From positions 4,030,001 to 4,094,000 of the forward strand of contig NC_047083.1 of NCBI RefSeq assembly GCF_902459465.1: a stretch of 64,000 nt of DNA, given 5' to 3'. The notes below the pieces were generated by a model. That model was not told the DNA's origin. It saw only the letters and a program-made list of their open reading frames with translations, and ran no database searches. Every line of letters begins with the position of its first letter. The first letter of the stretch is position 1. The stretch comes from Asterias rubens. Its lineage: Eukaryota. The position numbers and the translations under genes are program-made. This document shows positions 28,097 to 40,835 of the stretch, in pieces.

Positions 28097-31000
28097 AAAT
28101 GATGAAAGAAATAACACTCATGTTGGACGAATTTGTATGCTTTCAGATAGGAATAAAATACTCCTGGCTAGAATGTCTTTCAATATTTCAGTGAGAAATT
28201 ACCTCTTTCTGAAAATCTATGCTTCTTCAGAGGGAGCCGTTTCTTACAATGTTTTATACTATTAACAGCTCTCCAATGCTCGTTACCAAGTAAGTTTTTA
28301 AGTTAATATTTGTTTTGAGTAATTACCAAACGTGTACCTTCCCTTTAAGCCAAATAGCATCTTTAACGTCACCCCATTTCACTTCAAACATTAGCCCCAC
28401 AGTCAAACCCGACGTACATGTGTAGCCCTTTTCACACTATAGTTATTTACCGGGAAATTCCCGGGAACTTGTTGTCAATATTTTTACACCTCACATAAAC
28501 CCTGCTCAGGGGTAGGGTTAAATCCATGAGTTAACCCGGGGGTAACACGTTGTTCCTGTGAAAAAGAAGCTAGTGTGAACAGTTGATAGTGTAGGCTAAG
28601 TCACAATTAAATCAAACTGGACAAGGCAGTTCAAGTCCACAGTTGATAGTGTAGGCTAAGTCACAATTAAATCCAACTGGTCAAGGCAGTTCACGTCCAC
28701 AGTTGATAGTGTAGGCTAAGTCACAATTAAATCAAACTGGACAAGGCAGTTCACGTCCACAGTTAATAGTGTAGACTAAGTCACAATTAAATCAAACAAG
28801 TCAAGGCAGTTCACGTCCACAGTTAGGCTACGACCATAATATGTTTGCAACGTCCGGCCTTGAACAAGGCGATCAATTGAGCATGCACTCGAAAATATTT
28901 AACGACTTGTCAACAAGTCTACTTCAGAGCAAAGAAAATATTTAACGACAAATGGCTACAAAGTTAAGTCTACTTTAACTGGTATTATGGTTTGTTTAAG
29001 GTCGTTCATGTGTGTCGTGTATAACCCGTGATCGTGTAGTCAGCATGTCAGTGATGATTATTATACGGGTGGTTATACACACGTGATCTGAGGGCGCGCG
29101 TCATCATCAACTTGACCAATCAGGGTCGAGCGTATAGCAGTGATGATGATGAACTTTATTTTTCTATGTACTGGTATCAACATATCCCTCAAATTCTCAA
29201 TTAAAGACACTGGACACTATTGGTATTGTCAAAGACCAGTCTTCTCACTTGGTGTATCTTAACATTATGCATACAATAACAAACCTGTGAAACATTGAGC
29301 TCAATTGGTCGTCGAAGTTGCGAGATAATAATGCAAAAACACTCTTGTCACACAAAGTTGGGTGCGTTCAACTGGTTGATTTCGAGACCTCAAAATTATA
29401 AATCTGAGGTCTCAAAATCAAATTCGTGGGAAACTACTTCATTCTCAAAAAACTATGTCACTTCAGAGGGAGCCGTTTCTCACAATGTTTTATACCATCA
29501 ACCTCTCCCCGTTACTCGTCACCAAATAAGGTTTATATGCCAATAATTATTTTGAGTAATAACCAATAGTGTCCACTGCCTTTAAGACTTCGATATTATC
29601 TTGCGTAGAAATTTGTCGCTTGCCGTTCAAGCTGAGAATGGTGACCGTAAGCATAGAATTCAGCGGGAAGCAGAGCCATGAAATTGGGCCATGACGACTT
29701 TCAGCAAAATCAAATAAAAAGCTGTTAATACAATAACAACCCCTGGATCATTTTTTTTTAATGAGAAACAATGAATAAAATAGCAACATAATGTTTGGGC
29801 AATAAAACATGAATAATATAATATTTATAAGATCCGGCTATGAAATCAGATGCGGGTTACGGTTTATTTCTTTTATTGTATAATGTACATAAAATGCCCT
29901 TCAAAAAAATGATGAAAGAAATAACACTCATGTTGGACGAATTTGTATGCTTTCAGATAGGAATAAAATACTTCTGGCTAGAATGTCTTTCAATATTTCA
30001 GTGAGAAATTACCTCTTTCTCAAAATCTATGCTACTTCAGAGGGAGCCGTTTCTTACAATGTTTTATACTATTAACAGCTCTCCAATGCTCGTTACCAAG
30101 TAAGTTTTTAAGTTAATATTTGTTTTGAGTAATTACCAAACGTGTACCTTCCCTTTAAGCCAAATAGCATCTTTGACGTCACCCCATTTCACTTCAAACA
30201 TTAGCCCCACAGTCAAACCCGACGTACATGTGTAGCCCTTTTCACACTATAGTTATTTACCGGGAAATTCCCGGGAACTTGTTGTCAATATTTTTTACAC
30301 CTCACATAAACCCTGCTCAGGGGTAGGGTTAAATCCCTGAGTTAACCCGGGGGTAACACGTTGTTCCTGTGAAAAAGAAGCTAGTGTGAACAGTTGATAG
30401 TGTAGGCACAGTCACAATTAAATCAAACTGGACAAGGCAGTTCACGTCCAAAGTTGATAGTGTAGGCTAAGTCACAATTAAATCCAACTGGTCAAGGCAG
30501 TTCACGTCCACAGTTGATAGTGTAGGCTAAGTCACAATTTAATCAAACTGGACAAGGCCGTTCACGTCCACAGTTAATAGTGTAGACTAAGTCACAATTA
30601 AATCAAACAAGTCAAGGCAGTTCACGTCCACAGTTAGGCTACGACCATAACATGTTTGCAACGTCCGGCCTTGAACAAGGCGATCAATTGAGCATGCACT
30701 CGAAAATATTTAACGACTTGTCAACAAGTCTACTTCAGAGCAAAGAAAATATTTAACGACAAATGGCTACAAAGTTAAGTCTACTTTAACTGGTATTATG
30801 GTTTGTTTAAGGTCGTTCATGTGTGTCGTGTAACCCGTGATCGTGTAGTCAGCATGTCAGTGATGATTATTATACGGGTGGTTATACACACGTGATCTGA
30901 GGGCGCGCGTCATCATCAACTTGACCAATCAGGGTCGAGCGTATAGCAGTGATGATGATGAACTTTATTTTTCTATGTACTGGTATCAACATATCCCTCA

Positions 31001-31490
31001 AATTCTCAATTAAAGACTCTGGACACTATTGGTTATTGTCAAAGACCAGTCTTCTCACTTGGTGTATCTTAACATTATGCATACAATAACAAACCTGTGA
31101 AAATTTGAGCTCAATTGGTCGTCGAAGTTGCGAGATAATAATGCAAAAACACTCTTGTCACACAAAGTTGGGTGCGTTTAACTGGTTGATTTCGAGACCT
31201 CAAAATTATAAATCTGAGGTCTCAAAATCAAATTCGTGGGAAACTACTTCATTCTCAAAAAACTATGTCACTTCAGAGGGAGCCGTTTCTCACAATGTTT
31301 TATACCATCAACCTCTCCCCGTTACTCGTCACCAAATAAGGTTTATATGCCAATAATTATTTTGAGTAATAACCAATAGTGTCCACTGCCTTTAAGACTT
31401 CGATATTATCTTGCGTAGAAATTTGTCGCTTGCCGTTCAAGCTGAGAATGGTGACCGTAAGCATAGAATTCAGCGGGAAGCAGAGCCATG
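28097..31490 (+). repeat. 1810-bp tandem duplication (unit 1 28097-29906; unit 2 29907-31490, truncated)
   Basis: Near-identical units; identical ORF-track entries at 29295 and 31105 (offset 1810). Confidence 0.92.
28579..28825. repeat. 61-bp satellite x4 (also ~30390-30635)
   Basis: Unit agttgatagtgtaggctaagtcacaattaaatcaaactggacaaggcagttcacgtccac. Confidence 0.92.
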
Positions 31491-31580
31491 AAGCACGGCC
31501 GTCGTCTAGACATATCATACGTGCGCTATATAAGACTTTGGTGTTGTTATTATCATTATTATCATTATTATTATTATTTA
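31491..31580 (+). mobile_element. SINE 3' tail fragment at the inversion junction
   Basis: gtgcgctatataagac...(ATT)n resembles the tail of the SINE at 58327-58920 and abuts the TMEM183b exon-2 acceptor. Confidence 0.6.
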
Positions 31581-32209
31581 ATTGTTCTTTTCCCAGATGT
31601 AACTCTTCAAGCATTCGCTGATAATGCCAGCTGCCGTGCTCTAAGCAAGAGGACCGGTAAAGCTGCTACAATGTCTATCCATAGAGAAAGTAAGTTGAAA
31701 GCAATCTTCACTGGCTTCCAGTGGCAATCTTCACAATGAGTTAGCCTTGTTTGGGGCATTCTTGCATTTAAAAAACAATTAAAAGAAATATAAAAAAATA
31801 CATGCGATGTGAAGTCATGCCTGGAATTATACGGCCATGCCCTGCGTTGCCCTGGTCTTGGCCTTGGTCCCCCCCCCCCTTCAAAAGTTTTGACTTGCCC
31901 CCTCCAAGGTGAAATTCCAGGGGTCGATTTGACAAAGAACTTAGTCCTAGGAGATATTAGCTAGTCTTAACTCAAGATGGGACTAGTCCCAACTCTTTGT
32001 GAACCCACCCCAGCAGCCGCTTTCACGAACACTTTCACGAAAATCTTGAGTTAAAACGAGACTCGTCCTAATTTAGGATGGGTCCGATCCATCCTAACTG
32101 CTATGGTTTAAGGAACTTAATCCTTCCTAAGATTAATCCCAAGAGTTTATGAAGAGTTAGGTAAAATCAACCCCAGGCGCGCCTGGGAAGTGACACATTT
32201 CAATGTAAC

Positions 32210-33717
32210 TGTCAGCACCCCGCTGAATTCACCAAGGAACCCTAAAATCACGACACCGAAATCAAACACTTTCGACTCCTTTTTTAGTTATGATTATTTA
32301 CATTATATTTACAATCAAGCATCAACTTCAAATAGAAATATTATGCAACTCCGAACTCTACTCAAACTTCTCTTAGCATCAAAATGCAACTCCAACTTCT
32401 TCTTAGCAATAATATGCAACTCCAAATTCAACTTAAATTCACAATAGCATCAATATGCAATCTCAACTTCTACTTAGCAATAATATGCATCTCCAAATTC
32501 CACTTAAATTCACAATAGCATCAATATGCAATCGCAACTTCTACTTAGCAATAATATGCATCTCCAAATTCCACTTAAATTCGCAATAGCATCAATATGC
32601 AATCTCAACTTCTACTTAACACTAATATGCATCTCCAAATATTGTTTTCTAGGCATAAAAGCCAGTCTTTCCTTTCTCCAACAAATACCTCCTCGGTGCA
32701 ACCTCCCTGATACATCAGTCCAGCCCTGCCGCGACTTCCCTGTCCGGCCCGACGTTTCGCCTACTGATGAACGCGCGTTATAACTGGAGCAACCTCGCCC
32801 ATTCCCTGGCCATCTTGGCGCATACTCTCGGCACATACTCTTGGCCATCTAAACAATAGAGTTTGTAATAACAAATAACACATAATAATGTGATTGACTA
32901 TGGCCCTTCTGAACAAACTTTGCACTAAAAACCATTTTGGATAACAGCACTTTTCTGTCACAACTTTCTCAAATGTCTCAAGCAAATAAAATAGTATTTC
33001 TTGTAACTAACATGACTAAAGCCAGATTACTCAATTCTAAATTAATATTGATTTATCAACACAGTTTTTGTTTCTTCACACAAAATGCACTGAAAATACA
33101 GACTTCGTTTTGGTTGAACTTCTTCACACAAAATGCACTGAAAATATAGACTTTGTTTTGGTTGAACTTCTTCAAACAAAATGCCCTGAAAATATAGCAG
33201 TTATAAACAATAAATAAATAGTTGGTTTAACTTACAGTCAATCCTGGGTGTTTCCGCCTGGATTCAATGTTAACTATGGTGATAAATTTCACCCTGCTCT
33301 GGTTTACTTTTGAAGCTCACGGTTTGAGCCAAGTATAGAGTGCCGACACACTCTATCCACGATGTTGCTGGCTCATCACAATGTCAGGTGAAAGAGCAGA
33401 GTGGCTGTGCAGTGTGTCCTTCTTACTGCTCTTACTGGAACTCTCTGGCCAACACCCTAAACTTGGAATGTCCCCCTGACTAAACTACTTGGCCTAATCA
33501 CCTTGAATAAATTATATACTTCACTGACCCAGTGTTACATAACCTGAAACCTCTATACCTGAAACCCCATGCTAAAAAGAACAAGGGAATGTTTAAACCT
33601 CTACACTCCAGTGAACCTAATCAATGACAACCTCGCAGGAACTTTTAACAATAGCCTGAACTTAAAGGTACATTGCTATATACAAATATATACAAAAAAA
33701 CAAGAAATTTTGTGACA
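32210..33717 (-). mobile_element. Probable solo LTR (1508 bp) in TMEM183b intron 2
   Basis: TGTCA...TGACA ends; 5-bp TSD GTAAC (32205-32209, 33718-33722); single GTTAC in the empty mirror site (12963-12967); internal ~63-bp (32340-32640) and ~48-bp (33070-33200) tandem repeats; no coding capacity seen. Confidence 0.75.
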
Positions 33718-36251
33718 GTAACCGCCTTCGGTTTGAAGGCAGTGGACACTATTGGTAATTGTCAAAGACCAGCCTTCACAGTTAATGTATCTCAACATTT
33801 GCATAAAATAACAAACCTGTGAAAATTTGAGCTCAATCGGTCATCGAACTTGCGAGATAATAATGAAAGAAAAAACACCCTTGTAACACGAAGTTGTGTG
33901 CGTTTAGATGGTTGATTTTGAGACCTCAAGTTCTAAATCTGAGGTCTCGAAATCAAATTCGTGGAAAATCACTCCTTTCTCGAAAAATATGGCACTTCAG
34001 AGGGAGCCGTTTCTCACAATGTTTTATACCATCAACCTCTCCACTTGCCACCAAGAAAGGTTTTATTCCAATAATTATTTTGAGTAATTACCAATAGTGT
34101 CCACTGCCTTTAAAGTCAAACTCGTCGACAGCACGAGTGAAATCTTTAAGGATACTTCACAAGATGAAGTGATTGACAACTGGTTTGAGAGAGAGTTCTT
34201 CAAGGGATGCTTTTAGCCTTGCTTGGGGCAAACAATATAAACAACAAAAACAAAAACCAATTACATGCATTGTGAAGTGACACATTTCAATCTTTGTTTT
34301 CTTTTAAAGTCAAACTCGTCGACAGCACGAGTGAAATCTTAAAGGACAACTCGCAAGATGATGTGATTGATGACTTTGAGAGAGAGCTCTTCAAGCGTGG
34401 CTTTTTGCCTCGTTTGGGGCAAATTTGTATTATGAGAAAACAAACAAACAAAACCCCAAGTACATGCATTGTGAAGTGACACATTGCAACGTAACCATCT
34501 TTGTTTCTTTTAAAGTCAAACTCGTGGACAGCACGAGTGAAATCTTGAAGAACACCTCCCAAGATGATGTGATTGAAGACTGGTTTGAGAGAGAGTTCTC
34601 TGATGATGATGATGAGGAAGAGATCGTCTTCATCGAGGTTGTCGACCTAACTGAGATGACGGAGAAGGAAGACATAACAGAAAGGATGCCAGTCGGTAAG
34701 TAAGAGGCAGTCATGTTTAGTCTCGAGATTGATCTAAAGTTTAAGATGCTAACTGGCGTCTCATCACTGTGGTTAAATGTACTGGACTCCTTTGGTAATA
34801 AATATTGTCATAGACCAGTATTTTCACTTTGTGTATCCCAACCAGTACTGATCCCAGTATGTAGAAAATAACCAATTCGTAGAAATTTGGACTCAATCGG
34901 TCATCGAAGATAAAGAGGAAAATGAAGAATAAAAAGAAAAAACAAAAAACTTTGCACAAATTTGTTATCTTTTAGATTTCTAAAGAAAGGCTTCAGGCCT
35001 GAAGTCTTTTATTATTTCAGTGACAAATTACCTCTTTCTCAAATATTACGTTACTTGAGAGGGAGCCGTTTCTTGTAAGTTCTTCAAGTAAGTTTTGATG
35101 CTGAAAATTATTTTGAGTTGTTACCAATAGTGTCCACTGTCTTTAAGCGCAGAATTCGGCAGCACAGCACAGCCATGAAGGTAGGCCCTGCTCTAGAATG
35201 CAAGAGATCTGAACGGTCCATCATCTCCCTCTCTCTCTCTCTTTATTTGCTGCAGAGCAAGTTACAGGAGGTCACTCTTCAAGTGCCAATGCTTACCCAA
35301 CGGTTATCTGGTACCTTGTGTCCGCCTATATCTACCCTGAAGACATCTCAACCTTTGCATGTGACACGTACGCCTTGACAAACACTGCAGGGTTCTGGAG
35401 AAAGCTGTATTTCAGGTCAGTCCGAAAAGAACCCCACCTTCTTCTAGCGCATTTCGCAATAACTGTCTCAAGGTGCCCTGCCGTCAATTTCACCAAACTC
35501 TTCCTAACTTTGGGATTAATCTTGGGACTTGGGACGAGTTCACTTCCGTATCCAAATAATAGGACGCATTGAACCTATCCCAAGTTAGGACGGATTACTC
35601 GTCCTAACTCGAGTTAGGATTAATCCTAGCGTTTCGTGAAATCGGCTGCAGGTCATTGGGCCAATAACATTTCTTTAATCTTTCTCAGCTCCCTGGGGAG
35701 TATACAACCCAAAGGCTTTTTCATACACAATGTCAGCCTCTACCCTCGCAGGTACCCATTTTTATACCCCTGTGTAAAGAAAAGCAAAATGCATCTTGCC
35801 CAATGACACAAGTGTCCTGACCGGGATTCGAACCCACACTCCGATGACTTAACCACCAGGGCCAAACTTCATAAAGCTTTTCAGCAGAAAATTCTGCTCT
35901 GTAGTATATTTCTTGGCTAAGCAACAAATAATCGGGGTACTAGTCACAGCAATGGTATCTGGACGGTGTTCTGACTGGTAACCTATTTTTGTTAAGCAAT
36001 CGTTTTTTGTACTAAGCAAGTTTTATGTGCCTTACAGGCTTTATGAAATTGGGCCCAGAACTTTAGTTCGATGCTCTGAAACCACTCGGACATAAGGCAT
36101 TTTGAGATATGGGGGACACAATACTATAACACCAGTAGTTTGGGTAAACCTGTCTGTTTACATCTAAACCAAACAATGCACTTCTACAATATGCAACCAT
36201 AGAGTTATTAAGATCTAGAGGGCGCACTGGCCTTTATACATGGCCCGACAT

Positions 36252-36400
36252 AGACCTTATCGCAAATACCAATGCGCACGCGCAGACTGTTGAATGAGGT
36301 GCATTGTGGGATTATATGGATCAAATTTGGATACCAGCAAGACCACAATGCACCTAATTCCTAGCTTTACGCGCGCGCCCCGGTATTTGCGAAAAGGTCT
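36252..36400. mobile_element. ISL2EU-like MITE with AT TSD
   Basis: 19-bp TIR agacctt(a/t)tcgcaaatacc, AT on both sides; the mirror empty site reads cacATgtcggg near 9974. Confidence 0.75.
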
Positions 36401-38744
36401 ATGTGAGCATGCGGCCATTTTCAAAAAAAGCATCGCACAAAAGTAGACAAAAGAGCATCGCACAGCGTGTGTTTATCGCATAGCGTTTTAAATAAACACA
36501 AACTCCAATGTGTACTTCATGTGCAACGCGCGTACAAATCGGCGCGCGTGTTTTCTTCCGGTCCCGTCGCATTATTTTGTGCAAGCAGTATCACCAGTGC
36601 GCCCTCTATGTGTCCAACATATAATCTCAAAAATGGCTAATGACGCCTTTTGTGTAATCTAATAAAATTAACTATAACAAGAATGACAGATCTAGGTACT
36701 GGAGCCCCGAAGCAGCAAAGAGTCTCCCCAAGGAGCTTCACTACACCAGCATCCAGCGAACGTTCGGTCTGCGCACCCTCGTTATACGCTCTCTCCAGTT
36801 CATCTACCCGCCTTTCGCCCACCGCAACACCGCGCTGGGAAACACCAACGACGCGGTGGAGAACATGTCGGGGCTCATTTTCATGTACCACGTCAGTCGA
36901 CGCAAGGGCTCGAACTACGTCTACTACTTGAAGTTTCAGGAAACGAGTCGCGCGTGTCAGATTTCTGATTGTGAGCGAGAGATTTTTGTGAACCCTAATC
37001 GTGATCAATGGATCTTGAAAATCATGTGTAAGACTTGCCATCGTTTGGAGCCCGAACGGATCATGGGGAAGGAGTTAGTGAACGCATCGTTCAGCGTCAG
37101 CTACGGAATGATGTACAACAAGTTAAAGCTGGAATTTCAGGAGCCGATGGTGCGTCACACCAAGAGAGCCGACCGAACGATCTTGATTCTTGATCCCTTG
37201 CTTTGCGCTCGCGTTTACCCCTGGTGGCATCCGCTGTTCAACGATAACTTCAGATTGGAATCGGAGAGCGGAGGTCATACAAATGGGACGTTGAACATGT
37301 GGAACGCTAACAATTGACCTCCTGACCTATGCCCTATCACTATGACCCACAGTTTACGAAACTTTGTAAACAAAATAGTTAATAGTCTGACAATAGGAGC
37401 CTATAGGCCAGCTTCCTCAAAAGGTGAAAAACATATGCTGAACAATTTACTGTCATTAATGTTGGTAGCGCTTAGAGATGCCCTTTGGGTGTGAAAAGCA
37501 CTATATAAAAACTGGGCCCAATTTCATAGAGCTGCTTAAGCAAAAAAATTGCTAAAGCACGACAATAGTTCGCTTATTTTTCACATGTTACTGGCAAAAA
37601 TGTCATGCCATATACATTGCTTGTGACTGGTATTTAGCTGTTGTTAACTTAGCATAACAATTGAGTGGGTCTTGGCCGGGAATCTGATATTACTAAGCAA
37701 GTTTTGTTTTGCTTAAGCAAAATTTTGTGCTTAAGCAGCTCTATGAAATTGGGCCCTGGTCATCAATACTATTAAGCAAAAAATTGCAGGAAACCAGTTA
37801 AAGACAATACATGTTGTAATATAGTATTTTGGATGGTAACCATGGTAACCTTTTATTTTAACAATTTTGTTGCTCTTGACCGCTTTTGAGCTTTAATAGC
37901 TTAATGAAAGTGTGACATTGTGTTCATATCGCCATTCTGTTATCCAGAAAAGGGCAACTCTATAAGGAAGTTGTCAATTTCTATAGAGGAACATTTTCAG
38001 GGGCACCAAGGCAAAAATCTGGGCAACAGGAGACAATTGCCTTCATATCTCATATACCAGGCTCGTTTTTTCAACAAGATAATAATAACATGATAATAAT
38101 ATATTTGATATAAAATAATGCTAATAACTAATAAATGTTATTTGGGGGCGCATTTTAGCATTTTTTTTATTCCATCAAACCTCAAATTCAAGCCAAATCT
38201 CAATCAATATGACAAATCAACTTCAAAAAGGTACCCCATCAGGTCCTGATTAATAATATACATAGAAGATAAAATTTAATTTTTAGTCTTCAACAAAAAA
38301 CTGTATGTAAATTTACTCAAGATGCAATAAAAATATTCCACTATAGATATTAAAGACAGTGGACACTATTGGTAACTGTCAAAGACCAGTCTTCTCACTT
38401 GGTGTATCTCAACATATGCATAAAATAACAAACCTGTGAAAATTTGAGCTCAATCGGTTGTAGAAGTTGCGAGATAATAATGAAAGAAAAAAAACACCCT
38501 TGTCACACGAAGTTGTGTGCTTTCTGATGCTTGATTTCGAGATCTCAAGTTCTAAATCTGAGGTCGCGAAATCAAATTCGTGGAAAACTACTTCTTTCTC
38601 GAAAACTACTTCACTTCAGAGGGAGTCGTCTCTCACAATGTGTTATACCATCAACCTCTCCCCATTACTCGTCACCAAGAAAGGTTTTATGCCAATAATT
38701 ATTTTGAGTAATTACCAATAGTGTCCACTGCCTTTAAACCGCTT

Positions 38745-39422
38745 ATGCCCGGGTCGACCACTTCGACCAAATCCTCAGTGACATCTTGCTGTTGTATAAA
38801 CCACCGAAACGTTTTTGAATTGGACCGTCCCCGACAACTCTCACGACTACCCTAATTTAAGGCACTGCTCCGCAGAAACGCCAGACAAATAAATCCAAAG
38901 ATAGAATCATAGTTAACCAACCAACACATTACCGTTTATTAATTTAAATAACTTCCAAAAAAACGTCCCATATAAATATTCGATTAATAATGCAACATGA
39001 TCCCTTACCTAAAACATACTCAAAAGCAACTGGTGACCCCAAGTTCAAATAAGGCAAAATGTCCATATCATCCAACTGCAATTTAAAGGGATTATTATAC
39101 ATTACATGGATGTTGGACTTCATTTCCCCTTATTTTTGCAGGGTGGCTAAAATAAGAGATGACTCAATACCCCCGCCGTACAGGCCCGTAGACTAGTTCA
39201 ACCTGCTTATTATGCAACGACGGCCAGTGTATTGAAACCATAACAGCCTATTCTTATAACATTACATTACATACATAAACGCACGTGGTTATTTAGTCTT
39301 GGTGCAAGACGTTTCTCGTTTCCTTTTCACGCACACCGCGGCCAATTCACCGACAGCGCGCGCGCCGACTCACCTGACTTTAGTTCACTCACCGCCCCGG
39401 AGAAACGTCTTGGTCCGTGTGC
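38745..39422. repeat. Left arm of a 678-bp fold-back (partner 40554-40835 plus 47977-48379), including an inverted copy of the last 23 Merlin codons
   Basis: Reverse-complement match with a few SNPs; 38747-38818 reads ARVDHFDQILSDILLLYKPPKRF*. Confidence 0.92.
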
Positions 39423-40835
39423 ATGTTTGAGTTATGTGACCTCACATACATATTCAACGTGTGGGTCAACAAAATACTACGCACGCGCACAACTGGAAAC
39501 AGACAAGCGGGCCAGTCTGGTAACTTGCATGCACCCGACGTGTCGAGTAAAAGCCTCGCTGCATCATGCTACGGCGGGAACCCGGGGAAATACACACCAT
39601 GTGCGTTTTATTGTGCATGCAAAGGCGATCACTGATCTTTATGTTATTATTAATTAGAGATCAGCGGTTGCGATCGATTGTTAGAGGGAAGAAATTGTCA
39701 GTCAATGAAAAAATACTATAAAAATATTGCTGACCGCATCGGCAAGACTCGAGGAGTCGAGAGTTTTATTTGCGGGTGAGAGAACTTGTAACTTGTATGG
39801 GTATATTTGCACATTATTTCGAAAATAAAGAAAGATATCCTGCATGGCCAAGTGCGTCGGCAAAGGATATGTCTGACATGTACATGTACCTTCTTGTACA
39901 CATGCACACAGTACACAACCGAATGCCAACGAGGTGTTGTGGCTGGGCTTCTTATCTTCGCGAAGACGTGTCAAATTACTCATAGGCTTAGATATTTAAT
40001 GGTGGTCGACCACCGGTTGATTTTAACCAAGCTGTGTGAGTATGATACGGACGTTTCGGATGTAGTGTTTAGTTTTTTCTGCATAAAAAGTACTTTCAGG
40101 CACTGTGACCCTACAATTTTTTTTACCTACAAAGTTACCCTTTGGACTAAGACTAAAAATGCCAGAAAATCCCATGTTCGTGAACATCGATCTATTTTTG
40201 TTAGCTCTGTTGCTAAACATCCTCGTTCATAACATTTTAAGATTCCATTCCCCTCAATTAATTGCACTTACAAAATTCTCAAAATCTTCCCTAAAAACGT
40301 ATTTTAGGGCAAACTAAATTCGCACATCGTTCAGCAGCAATCATGTTTACAAAAATTAAAAGACGAACGTAAATGTACAAGCCCGACACACCAACTAACA
40401 TACGAGGAAGCCTCGCTGTTTCTGGTTGCGTTGCACAGAAGACGTACAGATACCAGACTGTGGGAAATTATGCTGATACTGCTACGTCAGAGTTATGCAG
40501 GCCTAGCGCAGCACGGCATGATTGGAATGTGCTCGGAAATTCCCGAGCGATCAGCACACGGACCAAGACGTTTCTCCGGGGCGGTGAGTGGACTATATAA
40601 GTCAGGTGAGTCGGTGCGCGCGATGTCGGTGAATTGGCCGCGGTGTGCGTGAAAAGGAAACGAGAAACGTCTTGCACCAAGACTAAATAACCACGTGCGT
40701 TTATGAATGTAATGTAATGTTATAAGAATAGGCTGTTATGGTTTCAATACACTGGCCGTCGTTGCATAATAAGCAGGTTGAACTAGTCTACGGGCCTGTA
40801 CGGCGGGGGTATTGAGTCATCTCTTATTTTAGCCA

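Larger units (their letters stand above)
16617..28578 (+). repeat. Copy a of a ~12-13.5-kb direct segmental duplication carrying the secreted DUF4773-like gene (partner 49994-63566)
   Basis: Colinear identity from tattaaactaacaata to aagctagtgtgaaca, with copy-specific insertions. Confidence 0.93.
31597..37317 (+). pseudogene. TMEM183: 5'-truncated TMEM183 duplicate (copy b): join(31597-31689, 34516-34695, 35256-35415, 36696-37317); frame open, exon 1 absent
   Basis: Four exons match copy a. Exon 3 has +24 nt, exon 4 has -9 nt (LCR lost), and a 33-nt deletion removes the polypyrimidine tract before the last exon. Functional status unknown. Confidence 0.8.
31575..38737. repeat. Right arm of the inverted segmental duplication (partner 7637-14530)
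   Basis: Reverse-complement match to the left arm. Confidence 0.92.

Noticed and set aside
28579-28825. Regularly spaced repeats suggesting a CRISPR array
   Set aside because: Head-to-tail 61-bp units without unique spacers, in a eukaryotic context with no cas genes.
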